38,271 nt of DNA from a virus. Taxonomy: Duplodnaviria > Caudoviricetes. The position numbers and the translations under genes were made by a program. Positions 9,110 to 18,047 of this stretch are shown here, piece after piece; the stretch's first letter is position 1, and each line of letters begins with the position of its first letter. A model generated the notes under the pieces. That model did not search any database and was not told where the DNA came from. It saw only the letters and a program-made list of their open reading frames with translations. The stretch is from IMG/VR virus record IMGVR_UViG_3300020174_000028, positions 1 through 38,271 of that record; one strand, given 5' to 3'.

Positions 9110-10627
9110 ATGGGTAAGTTGAAAGAAATTAGTAGTTTTAAAAGGCGTGAGATTGCTCGGGAACTTGGAAAGGAAGGGCCCAACAATTACGCCATTATGT
9201 TCAAAGGAAAGAAAACATTCTGGAAAGTTGTCCGTAGTAAAAGACTTGCCGACAAAATAGTTTCAACTTTAAAAAGTCAAGGAAAGGACGCGAAAGTTGT
9301 TCTAACTGCTTCCCCCGTAACCGAAAGTAAATCAGAAGAAGCAGTATATCCTCACAAGATGTATGATCCTAAAACCGGAAAGGCGTATACCGCAAAAACT
9401 CCCGAAGATCATGAAAGAATGGCTAAGCTCGGTTATACTCACGATGATCCTAATTCTTCGGAGAAAGAAGAGAGTGTTAAGGTTCGAAAGAATAAGACAG
9501 GAATGATGGGAGCAAAGACTCAAGTCCATAAGGATAAGAAAAGGGAACTGAGTAAAACCGCCGCACGAAAAAAGGTTTCGATGGATGAGAAAGTTGAGTA
9601 TCTTACTCTCAATCAAATCAAAAAGAATTGGGCAAAGGAATATCCTGGCACCAAGTTCAAATTTCAGGTTAGTAAGTATAAAGGATCGGAAATCCTATCA
9701 GTCCTCTCACCGAAGGGAAACGAATTAGAATCTTATAATAAAGTACCCAACCAAGGGTGGACAGTACGCGAAATGAAAGAAGAAATTGAAAAAGAAATTG
9801 AAGAAGGAGTAGACGATCCAGCAATTTTCAAAGCAATATTCTTAGCAGGCGGGCCGGGTTCCGGTAAGTCTTTTACGGTCGGTAAGACTGGTCTTGGCGC
9901 CTTAGGTTTCCGTATCGTAAACTCTGATGAGGTCTTTGAGTTTGCTCTGAAAAAGGCGGGATTGGAAGCAACACCCAAAGACATCTTCAGTCCAAAAGGA
10001 CAAGAGATTCGTGGAGGTGCAAAGAAACTCACCGCGAAGAAAATGGATCTTTATCTCGACGGAAGACTTGGATTGGTCATCGACGGAACGGGAAAAGACT
10101 TCAAAAAAATTAAGAAACAGGCCACTGATTTGAAAAAAATTGGTTATGATGTTGGAATGATTTTTGTCAACACAAATCTTGAAACTGCAATTGCCCGTGA
10201 TGCAAAAAGAAAAAGAACTCTTGGTGCGGATAAGGTAAAGGTCATGTGGCAAGAAGTTCAGGACAACATCGGTAAATTTCAAAACTTTTTTGGTGGTGAT
10301 TTTATGGTTGTTGATAATTCCGAAGGTGCAAACTGGCAAAAGGCCACACTTGGTGCATACAAGAAAGCAAGTAAGTTCGCTAAGAGTCCAGTCAGAAGTC
10401 CAATCGCAAAGAAGTGGATTAAAGACGCAGGTGGTCGTTTGAAGGATTCTTACTCTCTTGATATGCAAAGAAAGATATCAATGGTAGAGTGTGTTTTGGG
10501 GAATAGTGGAAACATAGTTCAGATAGCTGAATCAATTACGCTTAACTCAAAACCAAGTGAGATAAAAGAACTTTATAAAAAACTTCATGGGAAAAATGAC
10601 AAAGGACGAAGACAACAGACTCAATAG
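9110..10627 (+). CDS. modular protein with P-loop kinase domain (zeta-toxin/AAA_33-like)
   Basis: KAIFLAGGPGSGKS, VNSD, LVIDGT, lid ARDAKRKR; several short basic modules N-terminal. Confidence 0.8.
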   Translation: MGKLKEISSFKRREIARELGKEGPNNYAIMFKGKKTFWKVVRSKRLADKIVSTLKSQGKDAKVVLTASPVTESKSEEAVYPHKMYDPKTGKAYTAKTPEDHERMAKLGYTHDDPNSSEKEESVKVRKNKTGMMGAKTQVHKDKKRELSKTAARKKVSMDEKVEYLTLNQIKKNWAKEYPGTKFKFQVSKYKGSEILSVLSPKGNELESYNKVPNQGWTVREMKEEIEKEIEEGVDDPAIFKAIFLAGGPGSGKSFTVGKTGLGALGFRIVNSDEVFEFALKKAGLEATPKDIFSPKGQEIRGGAKKLTAKKMDLYLDGRLGLVIDGTGKDFKKIKKQATDLKKIGYDVGMIFVNTNLETAIARDAKRKRTLGADKVKVMWQEVQDNIGKFQNFFGGDFMVVDNSEGANWQKATLGAYKKASKFAKSPVRSPIAKKWIKDAGGRLKDSYSLDMQRKISMVECVLGNSGNIVQIAESITLNSKPSEIKELYKKLHGKNDKGRRQQTQ

Positions 10628-10886
10628 AATAGAAGAAAAGATTGATAAACTCTCCGAAGCCATTATTTCCATTGCAAGGGCTGAAGAGAAGATACACAAT
10701 CTCGAAGGTTCTTTGGAGACTGCTCTCTCAAAGTTAAACGATATTGATAATCGTATTCGATCCGTTGAGTCAAAATCGAATGACAACGAGCAAAAACTTT
10801 CAGCCTTTTCAAAATTCGTTTGGGTGATTGTTACGGCATTCGCTGGTGCAGTCGCTGGATCAATAGCAATGTTTAGCGGAAAATAA
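10587..10886 (+). CDS. coiled-coil protein with C-terminal transmembrane helix (XhlA/holin-like architecture)
   Basis: RLNRIEEKIDKL heptads followed by FVWVIVTAFAGAVAGSIAMF. Confidence 0.6.
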   Translation: MGKMTKDEDNRLNRIEEKIDKLSEAIISIARAEEKIHNLEGSLETALSKLNDIDNRIRSVESKSNDNEQKLSAFSKFVWVIVTAFAGAVAGSIAMFSGK

Positions 10887-10887
10887 A

Positions 10888-11259
10888 ATGATAGGATTTA
10901 AAGAATATTTGTCAGAGAAACCTCTTACTCCTCAGCAGAGAATTCAAAGGGGAAGAATCATGAAGAGGTTAGCGCCTAAGATCGCAATGAAACGAAAGAT
11001 TGCGATGAAGAAGAAGGCAACACCAGAGAAACTTAAAGTTCGAGCAATGAAAAAGGCTCGAGATGTTGTAAGAGCAAAGTTCGTAAAAGGTAAATCTTAC
11101 GACGAATTATCTTACGCCGAAAAAATTCAACTTGACAAAAAGGTCGAGAAAAAACAAGCACTGATCAAAAAGATCGCAAAGAAACTTCTCCCCAAAATCA
11201 AGAAGGCAGAAGCACAAAGAGTCAAACAAGTAGCACAACAGGCACAAGCACAATCATGA
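10888..11259 (+). CDS. highly basic protein with CTS-like N-terminus
   Basis: MIGFKEYLSE followed by a Lys/Arg-rich helical sequence. Confidence 0.75.
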   Translation: MIGFKEYLSEKPLTPQQRIQRGRIMKRLAPKIAMKRKIAMKKKATPEKLKVRAMKKARDVVRAKFVKGKSYDELSYAEKIQLDKKVEKKQALIKKIAKKLLPKIKKAEAQRVKQVAQQAQAQS

Positions 11260-11555
11260 ATATTCAAGACACATCAAAGGAATTATTAGACAGTGTGGGG
11301 AAGGTTCTAACTACAGAAGCAAAATACATGCCCGATCCAATGTCTCCTCAGAACATTAAGGCAAACGACAAGGGAATCACCGAACTTCTCAAGGCACAAA
11401 AGATTCTTGTTAAACTCAACAAGGATATTCAACAATCAAAGTTTGTTCCTAATAACAAATTTTTATCAGCGTTGGATGGTATCCAATATGAAGTAGGTGA
11501 AATTGAACTCGAATCTGGACTATCACAAAGCAGAGCAACTGGGGACGTATATTAA
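11256..11555 (+). CDS. hypothetical protein, N-terminus paralogous to the next gene
   Basis: MNIQDTSKELLDSV versus MNIQDISKDLLASV. Confidence 0.75.
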   Translation: MNIQDTSKELLDSVGKVLTTEAKYMPDPMSPQNIKANDKGITELLKAQKILVKLNKDIQQSKFVPNNKFLSALDGIQYEVGEIELESGLSQSRATGDVY

Positions 11556-11569
11556 GGAGATAATAATCA

Positions 11570-12940
11570 ATGAATATTCAAGACATATCAAAAGATTTAC
11601 TGGCCTCGGTCACATCCATTCTTGAAAAGAAGAATGTAAAAGAGGTTGACGAGCCAAAGGCCAAGGGAGAGAAAGATTTCAAAGATCTCCACACAAAGGA
11701 CGTTAAGGTTCATACCGAAAAGAAGAAGAACGTAAAAGAAGTCGATGAACCAACCGCAAAGGGTGAAAAAGACTTCAAAGATCTTCATCTCAAGGATTTG
11801 GAAGTCTACACAGAAAAACTTGATCCAAAGGCAGACGCCAGTGAGTGGATCGAAGATTTCCTTAAGTCCGATGCTCCTCAGTTCAAGGGTAAGAGTAAAG
11901 AAGAACGTAAGAAAATGGCACTTGCCGCTTACTACTCTGCTCGCGAAAAGGCTGGTTTGGAAGAAGGTGCGGATAAGGACGTAAAGGGTGACAAAGAAGC
12001 ATACCGAAAGTTCTTTCAGGGAATGTTGAAGAAGTTCGGTGTCAAGTCTCCTGCCGAACTTTCCGGAGATAAGGAAAAGGAATTCTACGACGCTATTGAC
12101 GCTGGTTGGAAAGCTGATGACGAGAAGAAGGAATCCATCGAAGAGATGAAAGAACCTTTTATTGTTATCGACACTGCTGACAAGAATAAGGTAGTTGGTA
12201 CTGCATCGAATGAAAAGGGTGCCGAAAGAATTATCGCATCCTCTGAACGCCCTCCGATCTCAATCAAAGATAAGAAGACACTCAAGGTCGTTAAGTCGAA
12301 TAAGAAACAGAATGTCGGATTTCCTATGAAGGAAGAGACACTTGATGAGGCCAAGTCTGCAACCGGATACGAAATCTATCACAAGGATTTCTCTACTGCA
12401 ATGCAACACGCCTATGACTTTGCAAAGAAGAAGTTGAAAGTCGAAGTTGATCCTGAAGAGATTATGACTAATGTTGCAATGGGCCCAAAACGCCCTTCGA
12501 CGGGAAAGACTAACTCCTATCGTCTCAAAGGTAAGGGTGGAGCGATTCAAGTACAGGTTTACAACACAGGTAAAAGCTATGAGTTGAATATGTACAAGGA
12601 GTCTGTCAAGGAAGAAACTCTTGAAGAAAGACCCAAGAGTATGGATCCGAAGAAAAGACTCAAAATCTTCAACGAACTGAAGAAGGGTGACAAGATCGCT
12701 ATCGCTTATGATACTCCTATCGCAAAGGCTGATATTTACAAAGATGGTGAACTCATCTACAGAGAATTCACCGTAACTCGTAACAAAACAGTTGTTGGAA
12801 AAGCTCGTGTCGAAAAGATTACGCTTGCAAAAGATAATGTTAAGAGTGGTGTAAAGTTCTTTCTCTACAATCGAGATGGATCTGTCTCCTTTGCAATAGG
12901 AGATATGGCTTCGGTTATTGTAGATATGAAAAAGATGTAG
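11570..12940 (+). CDS. modular Lys/Glu-rich protein, putative internal head polyprotein
   Basis: Strong RBS AAGGAG; internal tandem repeat; modules separated by LEE/LDE/IEE-type sites. Confidence 0.75.
   Translation: MNIQDISKDLLASVTSILEKKNVKEVDEPKAKGEKDFKDLHTKDVKVHTEKKKNVKEVDEPTAKGEKDFKDLHLKDLEVYTEKLDPKADASEWIEDFLKSDAPQFKGKSKEERKKMALAAYYSAREKAGLEEGADKDVKGDKEAYRKFFQGMLKKFGVKSPAELSGDKEKEFYDAIDAGWKADDEKKESIEEMKEPFIVIDTADKNKVVGTASNEKGAERIIASSERPPISIKDKKTLKVVKSNKKQNVGFPMKEETLDEAKSATGYEIYHKDFSTAMQHAYDFAKKKLKVEVDPEEIMTNVAMGPKRPSTGKTNSYRLKGKGGAIQVQVYNTGKSYELNMYKESVKEETLEERPKSMDPKKRLKIFNELKKGDKIAIAYDTPIAKADIYKDGELIYREFTVTRNKTVVGKARVEKITLAKDNVKSGVKFFLYNRDGSVSFAIGDMASVIVDMKKM
11624..11812 (+). repeat. 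two-copy in-frame tandem repeat of 31-32 aa
   Basis: EKKNVKEVDEPKAKGEKDFKDLHTKDVKVHT / EKKKNVKEVDEPTAKGEKDFKDLHLKDLEVYT. Confidence 0.9.
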
Positions 12941-12987
12941 AACGATGTATCACGACTTTCTAATAATAATACCATAACCCTACGCAC

Positions 12988-13275
12988 ATGAAAATATCTA
13001 AAATTTTTATTATTTCTTTTGCTCTAGTTCTTAGCGGTTGCGGCACATCTCGTGTTGCATACGACACTGGTCATTCAATGAGTACCTCTGCTGTTTCTGG
13101 TGGTGGACGCATTGTTGGCAGTATCACCGGAGATGCAGATAAGGGTCTCAATGTTGTACTTGGAACTACCGGCAAGATTGTCGAAGGTAGTGGAAAAGTC
13201 ATTGGAGGCGGTATCGGTCTCGTTGGTGGTTTGGTTGACGAAACTGCTGGAGTTATTGCGGGCGACAGAGAATAA
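12988..13275 (+). CDS. glycine-rich lipoprotein
   Basis: Signal peptide with lipobox LSGC; glycine-zipper-like mature region. Confidence 0.75.
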   Translation: MKISKIFIISFALVLSGCGTSRVAYDTGHSMSTSAVSGGGRIVGSITGDADKGLNVVLGTTGKIVEGSGKVIGGGIGLVGGLVDETAGVIAGDRE

Positions 13276-13294
13276 ATGATAAATAACTTCGACT

Positions 13295-13663
13295 ATGAAG
13301 TTATTTGATGATCTAAATAATAAGAACTTTGAACTATATGCTGCTAAATATTATGAAAATCCATGTTGTTTATCAATCGAGGATTTTCATGAGGATTTGG
13401 CACGATTCAAATACATCATTCGTTTACTGAGGCGATACCGAGAAACAGGTATCATTCAGGAACGACTGGTTTTAAATCACATAATTTCAATATATAATGT
13501 GTTTGATATAAAGGCCGCGACTCGTATGATGTTCTATCGGATCGACGACGAACTCTGGCCCGCATTGAAAACGTTTCTCATATATCTTAACTATATAACA
13601 TCTCACCAATATCAAAATGTCGGTGTGGATGTCAATATCGCAAACAAACTAAAAAACTTATAA
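13295..13663 (+). CDS. conserved hypothetical protein of T4-like phages
   Basis: LYAAKYYENPCC...F.EDL.RFKYI..L...ERLVLNHII pattern; GATAAATA upstream. Confidence 0.75.
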   Translation: MKLFDDLNNKNFELYAAKYYENPCCLSIEDFHEDLARFKYIIRLLRRYRETGIIQERLVLNHIISIYNVFDIKAATRMMFYRIDDELWPALKTFLIYLNYITSHQYQNVGVDVNIANKLKNL

Positions 13664-14244
13664 TGTCACTACTTCGCGCTGGAGATTTCTTTTACGCCCT
13701 TCGTTTTCTACGACTTCTTACCACACCTTGGAAGAAGACGACTGCCTATGAGTTGGGCATTGTAGATGAAAATGGAAAGAAGTTAAAGAAACCTGAAACA
13801 TCCGAAGAGAAGGGGGCGTATAATACTTTTCATAAACTCGTCTTTAATCTTAAAAGACTTCTCAATAAAGTACCATTTGGTAAATCAACTTTGGCCTCCT
13901 ATGCCGCAGCACTATATCTCATTAAAGAGGAAACTGGAATGTCGGATCGAAAGATCGGCAAGATCCTTGAAGAAGTTTCCGGATTTAACCCACACAAGTG
14001 TGAAGCAGAAGGACTCAACGAGTGGTATCTCGATGAGGGAGGAAATATAGAAGAAGGAAAATATGCGTTAGGCCGCGATATCGCATTACCCAAGACCGGA
14101 GAAATATTAGCAAAACAGGACACTTGGGTCACAATCTCGGAATCAGCGCCGGTGGGTCGTATATTCGATCTGCCGGTGTTCAAAGCACACCATCACCGAA
14201 CAAACCAAACCATTTACGTAACACAGGAGGACATTATTAGATGA
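13663..14244 (+). CDS. conserved hypothetical protein of T4-like phages
   Basis: RFLRLLTTPW...AYELGIVDENGK...YNTFHKLVFNLKRLL pattern. Confidence 0.75.
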   Translation: MSLLRAGDFFYALRFLRLLTTPWKKTTAYELGIVDENGKKLKKPETSEEKGAYNTFHKLVFNLKRLLNKVPFGKSTLASYAAALYLIKEETGMSDRKIGKILEEVSGFNPHKCEAEGLNEWYLDEGGNIEEGKYALGRDIALPKTGEILAKQDTWVTISESAPVGRIFDLPVFKAHHHRTNQTIYVTQEDIIR

Positions 14245-14525
14245 TCGCGGATCAGACTACCACAGGATCAGTAGCAATTGCGGATCGCCCATTGGGTGCT
14301 TCGAAGAAAAAATACAAAGACTTCGATGTTCCGAGCGATGTCTTTCGTCGATTTTCGACAGGTAGAAATAAGTTTGAACGTTGGTCGAAATATCTCAACC
14401 TCCAAGATGAAAAACAATTTGAGATATACAAATATGCGGTAAGAAATCGCAATGCTACGATTGTACTTCGAGACGAAGAAACAGGTGCGTTAAGATCTAT
14501 ACGAAGAAAAGCGAGCAACGAGTAA
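14241..14525 (+). CDS. hypothetical protein
   Basis: ATGA overlap with the upstream gene; fills the gap before nrdB. Confidence 0.7.
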   Translation: MIADQTTTGSVAIADRPLGASKKKYKDFDVPSDVFRRFSTGRNKFERWSKYLNLQDEKQFEIYKYAVRNRNATIVLRDEETGALRSIRRKASNE

Positions 14526-14590
14526 AAATTGTCTTTACTTTCGGCCGTTTTTCTTATAGTATAACTATCTACAAATTTAACGTACCATCT

Positions 14591-15568
14591 ATGTCTACAA
14601 TCTTCGAAGAACAAATTACACGCAAACCTAATCGATATCCTTGGACTGAGGAGTTCATGGAAGCAATGCATTCCGGTTTTTGGACTGACAAGGAGTTCTC
14701 CTTTAAGTCTGACATCCATCAGTTTCGAACTGAGCTCACCGAACAGGAACAAGAGATTATCGTAAGAACTCTTTCGGCAATTGGCCAGATCGAGGTTGCG
14801 GTCAAAACCTTTTGGGCAAAACTTGGTGAGAATCTACCACACCCGTCATTATCCGATATGGGATATGTGATGGCGAACATCGAAGTGATTCACAACAATG
14901 CTTATGAGAGACTCTTGACAGTTCTTGACATGGAAGACATCTTCGAGGAGAACATGAAACTTGAGTGGATTCAAGGTCGTGTCAAGTATCTCAAGAAGTA
15001 CACTCACAGATTCTACAAGGATTCCAAGAAACAATATCTTTATGCCCTCATTCTTTTTACGCTTTTTGTAGAGAATGTTTCTTTGTTTTCACAGTTCTAC
15101 ATCATCAATTGGTTTGCTCGATTCAAGAATGTTCTGAAGGATACGGATCAGCAAGTGAAGTACACGAGAAACGAAGAGAACATTCATGGTATGATCGGAA
15201 TCAAAATCATCAACACGATTCGCGAAGAGATGCCCGAGTTGTTTGATGATGAGTTGAAGGAAAGAATCCTTGACGAAGCCAATCAGGCATACAAGGCAGA
15301 GGCCAAGATCGTTGACTGGATGGTCAATGGATATAAAGAAGAAGGACTCAACGCAAACATTCTCAAAGAGTTTATTCGTAATCGCATCAATGATTCTTTG
15401 GATCAGATCGGATTTGGGACGCCTCTTGAAGTTGATAAATCATTATTGGAACACACTCTTTGGTTTGAAGAGGAGTTGCATGGTAACAATATGACAGACT
15501 TCTTTCACTCTCGACCAACCGAATACTCTAAGAAAAACCAATCCTTTGACGAAGACGACTTATTTTAA
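14591..15568 (+). CDS. nrdB: class I ribonucleotide reductase beta subunit
   Basis: FW...F..D, EVIHNNAY with radical Tyr, ENVSLFSQF, EENIHG, DFF...TEY, C-terminal DDLF. Confidence 0.95.
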   Translation: MSTIFEEQITRKPNRYPWTEEFMEAMHSGFWTDKEFSFKSDIHQFRTELTEQEQEIIVRTLSAIGQIEVAVKTFWAKLGENLPHPSLSDMGYVMANIEVIHNNAYERLLTVLDMEDIFEENMKLEWIQGRVKYLKKYTHRFYKDSKKQYLYALILFTLFVENVSLFSQFYIINWFARFKNVLKDTDQQVKYTRNEENIHGMIGIKIINTIREEMPELFDDELKERILDEANQAYKAEAKIVDWMVNGYKEEGLNANILKEFIRNRINDSLDQIGFGTPLEVDKSLLEHTLWFEEELHGNNMTDFFHSRPTEYSKKNQSFDEDDLF

Positions 15569-15569
15569 T

Positions 15570-17213
15570 ATGAATGATTATTACTGGCTAAATGATGAAG
15601 CGAAACTTTTCCTTGAAAGAGGATATCTCCTAGAAGGAGAGTCGCCAAAACAAAGAATACTTGATATCGCAAAACACGCCGAGAAGATTCTCGGTGTTGA
15701 AGACTTTGCGGTTAAGTTTGAGAGATACATGGCACAGGGATTCTATTCTCTGTCATCTCCTATCTGGGCGAACTTTGGACGAGAACGAGGACTTCCGATC
15801 TCTTGTTTCTCTTCTTTCATACCTGATAGTATGGAAGGCATTCTCTACAAGGTAGGAGAAGTTGGTATTATGTCAAAGATGGGAGGAGGAACATCCGGTT
15901 ACTTCGGAGACATCCGTCATCGCGGCGCTCCGATCTCTTCGGGTGGTACTGCGACAGGTGTACACCATCAACTCTCGGTGTTTGATTCTTTGGTCAACTA
16001 TGTATCACAGGGGAATGTTCGCCGTGGCTCATTTGCGGCGTATCTTCCGATTGATCATCCGGATATCGAGGAGTTTCTTCACATTCGTTCTGATGGTGAT
16101 TCTATACAAGATCTTTCAATTGGTGTTTGTGTGGAAGATGAGTGGATGAAGTCAATGGTTGACGGAGACACCGAAAAGAGAAGGATCTGGGGTAAGGTAA
16201 TTAAGAAAAGATTTGAGTCTGGCTATCCTTACATCTTCTACACCGACAACGCAAACAAGGGTGCTCCGCAGGTTTATAAGGACAAGGAGATTCAGATTCA
16301 CAACTCCAATCTTTGTTCGGAGATTATGTTGCCCACAAATCCAACCGAATCTTTTGTGTGTAATCTTTCTTCTTTGAACCTTGAACGTTGGGACGATTTA
16401 GTAGAGACCGATGCGATTCAAACGATGATCTATTTCCTTGATGCGGTTATGTCTGAGTTTATTGACAAGACTGAAGGAGTAGAGTTTATGGAACATCCAA
16501 GAAATTTTGCGATTCGTCATCGTGCTCTGGGTCTGGGTGTTCTGGGTTGGCACTCCTATCTTCAATTGAATAACATTCCCTTTGAGTCAATCACGGCTCG
16601 AACAAAGAACAATCGAATCTTTAAGACAATCGCAAAGAGAACCCGAGAAGCATCAAAGGAACTTGCGAACCTTCTCGGAGAACCCGAACTTTTGATTGGA
16701 TATGGATTGCGAAATACCACAACAATGGCAATCGCTCCCACCACTTCAAGTTCTTTTATTCTGGGACAGGTTTCTCCTTCAATCGAACCATTGAACTCTA
16801 ACTATTTCGTAAAGGATTTGGCAAAGGGTAAGTTCACCTACCGAAATCCTTATCTCACAAAACTCTTCAACAAGAAGGGTCTGGGAGAAGATGCTTGGAA
16901 GAGTGTTCTCAAACGAGGTGGATCGGTTCAACATCTTACCGAACTCACACAGGACGAAAAAGATGTCTTCAAAACCTTTGGAGAAATCTCTCAAAAAGAA
17001 ATTATAACACAAGCCGCAGATAGACAATTGGCGATTGATCAGGGACAATCATTGAACATTATGATTCCGCCGGATACCAAACCAAAGGAAGTGAATGATC
17101 TAATGATCTACGCATGGAGACGAGGAATCAAGTCTCTCTACTATCAAAGAAGCGCAAATCCAGCACAGGAACTTGCTCGTTCCATTAACAATTGTGCGGT
17201 GTGTGAGAGTTGA
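15570..17213 (+). CDS. nrdA: class I ribonucleotide reductase alpha subunit (short, no ATP cone)
   Basis: PISCF, SNLCSE, VCNL, RALGLG, AIAPT, KSLYY, C-terminal CAVCES; ATG at 15570. Confidence 0.95.
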   Translation: MNDYYWLNDEAKLFLERGYLLEGESPKQRILDIAKHAEKILGVEDFAVKFERYMAQGFYSLSSPIWANFGRERGLPISCFSSFIPDSMEGILYKVGEVGIMSKMGGGTSGYFGDIRHRGAPISSGGTATGVHHQLSVFDSLVNYVSQGNVRRGSFAAYLPIDHPDIEEFLHIRSDGDSIQDLSIGVCVEDEWMKSMVDGDTEKRRIWGKVIKKRFESGYPYIFYTDNANKGAPQVYKDKEIQIHNSNLCSEIMLPTNPTESFVCNLSSLNLERWDDLVETDAIQTMIYFLDAVMSEFIDKTEGVEFMEHPRNFAIRHRALGLGVLGWHSYLQLNNIPFESITARTKNNRIFKTIAKRTREASKELANLLGEPELLIGYGLRNTTTMAIAPTTSSSFILGQVSPSIEPLNSNYFVKDLAKGKFTYRNPYLTKLFNKKGLGEDAWKSVLKRGGSVQHLTELTQDEKDVFKTFGEISQKEIITQAADRQLAIDQGQSLNIMIPPDTKPKEVNDLMIYAWRRGIKSLYYQRSANPAQELARSINNCAVCES

Positions 17214-17214
17214 T

Positions 17215-17406
17215 ATGGCTGGACACGAGAAACTCTTTTGTGGTAACTGTAAAACTGAGTTTGAAGTTGCATGGACAACCATTGGAGACGATGATGGAGT
17301 TGATGAGTTTGGACATCCAATGATAGACACTCCTTGTTATTGTCCATTTTGTGGTTCACCCGATATTGACGATCCAAGTTATTTCCTTTCGGATGAAGAT
17401 GAATAA
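17215..17406 (+). CDS. small zinc-ribbon protein
   Basis: CGNC...CPFCG; ATG at 17215. Confidence 0.7.
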   Translation: MAGHEKLFCGNCKTEFEVAWTTIGDDDGVDEFGHPMIDTPCYCPFCGSPDIDDPSYFLSDEDE

Positions 17407-17414
17407 ATATCTTC

Positions 17415-17825
17415 ATGTGGCTTTATGATGATAAAAAATTTCAACTAGAAGACCGAGGAGACGCAATTGGATTTGTTTATGAGATACGAGATAGAATCAA
17501 TGATATGCGTTATATCGGAAAGAAGAACTTCTTTAGTATAAGAAGACTTCAACCACTTAAAGGGCAAAAGAGAAAACGCAAGGTTGTAAAGGAATCGGAT
17601 TGGCAAGACTATTTTGGATCCAGTGATGAGGTCAAAATGTTGGTAGAAGAATCCGGCCGAGAGAGATTTGAAAGAAGAATATTGAGATTATGCGACTCCA
17701 AAGGCGAGATGTCCTATTGGGAAATGTGGTATCAGATGACGAACCACGTTCTTTTGAGACCCGATAGATACTACAACGCCTTTGTGGGAGGAAAAATTCA
17801 CCGAAAACACGTACTAAAGAAATGA
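17415..17825 (+). CDS. GIY-YIG family nuclease
   Basis: GFVY...RYIGKK...YFGSS...YYN; AATAAATA at 17402-17409. Confidence 0.8.
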   Translation: MWLYDDKKFQLEDRGDAIGFVYEIRDRINDMRYIGKKNFFSIRRLQPLKGQKRKRKVVKESDWQDYFGSSDEVKMLVEESGRERFERRILRLCDSKGEMSYWEMWYQMTNHVLLRPDRYYNAFVGGKIHRKHVLKK

Positions 17826-18016
17826 AAGCAACGCTTGAATTCAATCTTCCAGACGAAAGGGAAGAATTTGAAATGACGACTAAGGCGATAGACTATTACT
17901 CTCAACTTCATGAGATAGATAATTACCTTCGAAGTCTTTTAAAACACGGAGATCCCGAGGCTCAGTCTTCAAAATCTCTTGCCGAAAGAATTCGAAATAT
18001 GATAGAAATATATTGA
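17822..18016 (+). CDS. hypothetical protein
   Basis: MKATLEFNLPDE start; ATGA overlap. Confidence 0.7.
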   Translation: MKATLEFNLPDEREEFEMTTKAIDYYSQLHEIDNYLRSLLKHGDPEAQSSKSLAERIRNMIEIY

Positions 18017-18041
18017 CAAACACGATCATTTGTGATACATT
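18013..18041 (+). promoter_or_regulatory. sigma70-type promoter with extended -10
   Basis: TTGACA-17nt-TACATT preceded by TGTGA; ATG follows after 6 nt. Confidence 0.75.
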
Positions 18042-18047
18042 AGTGTC

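Noticed and set aside
9806-10440. Zeta toxin-antitoxin module
   Set aside because: No adjacent antitoxin is identifiable and the kinase substrate cannot be inferred; kept as a generic P-loop kinase
120-17213. Inteins or introns in uvsX, gp41, nrdA or nrdB
   Set aside because: Lengths are normal, motifs are contiguous, and no splice-junction signatures were seen
17415-17825. Mobile homing endonuclease or intron
   Set aside because: It has only the catalytic GIY-YIG domain, no DNA-binding extension, and no interrupted host gene; more likely a resident nuclease
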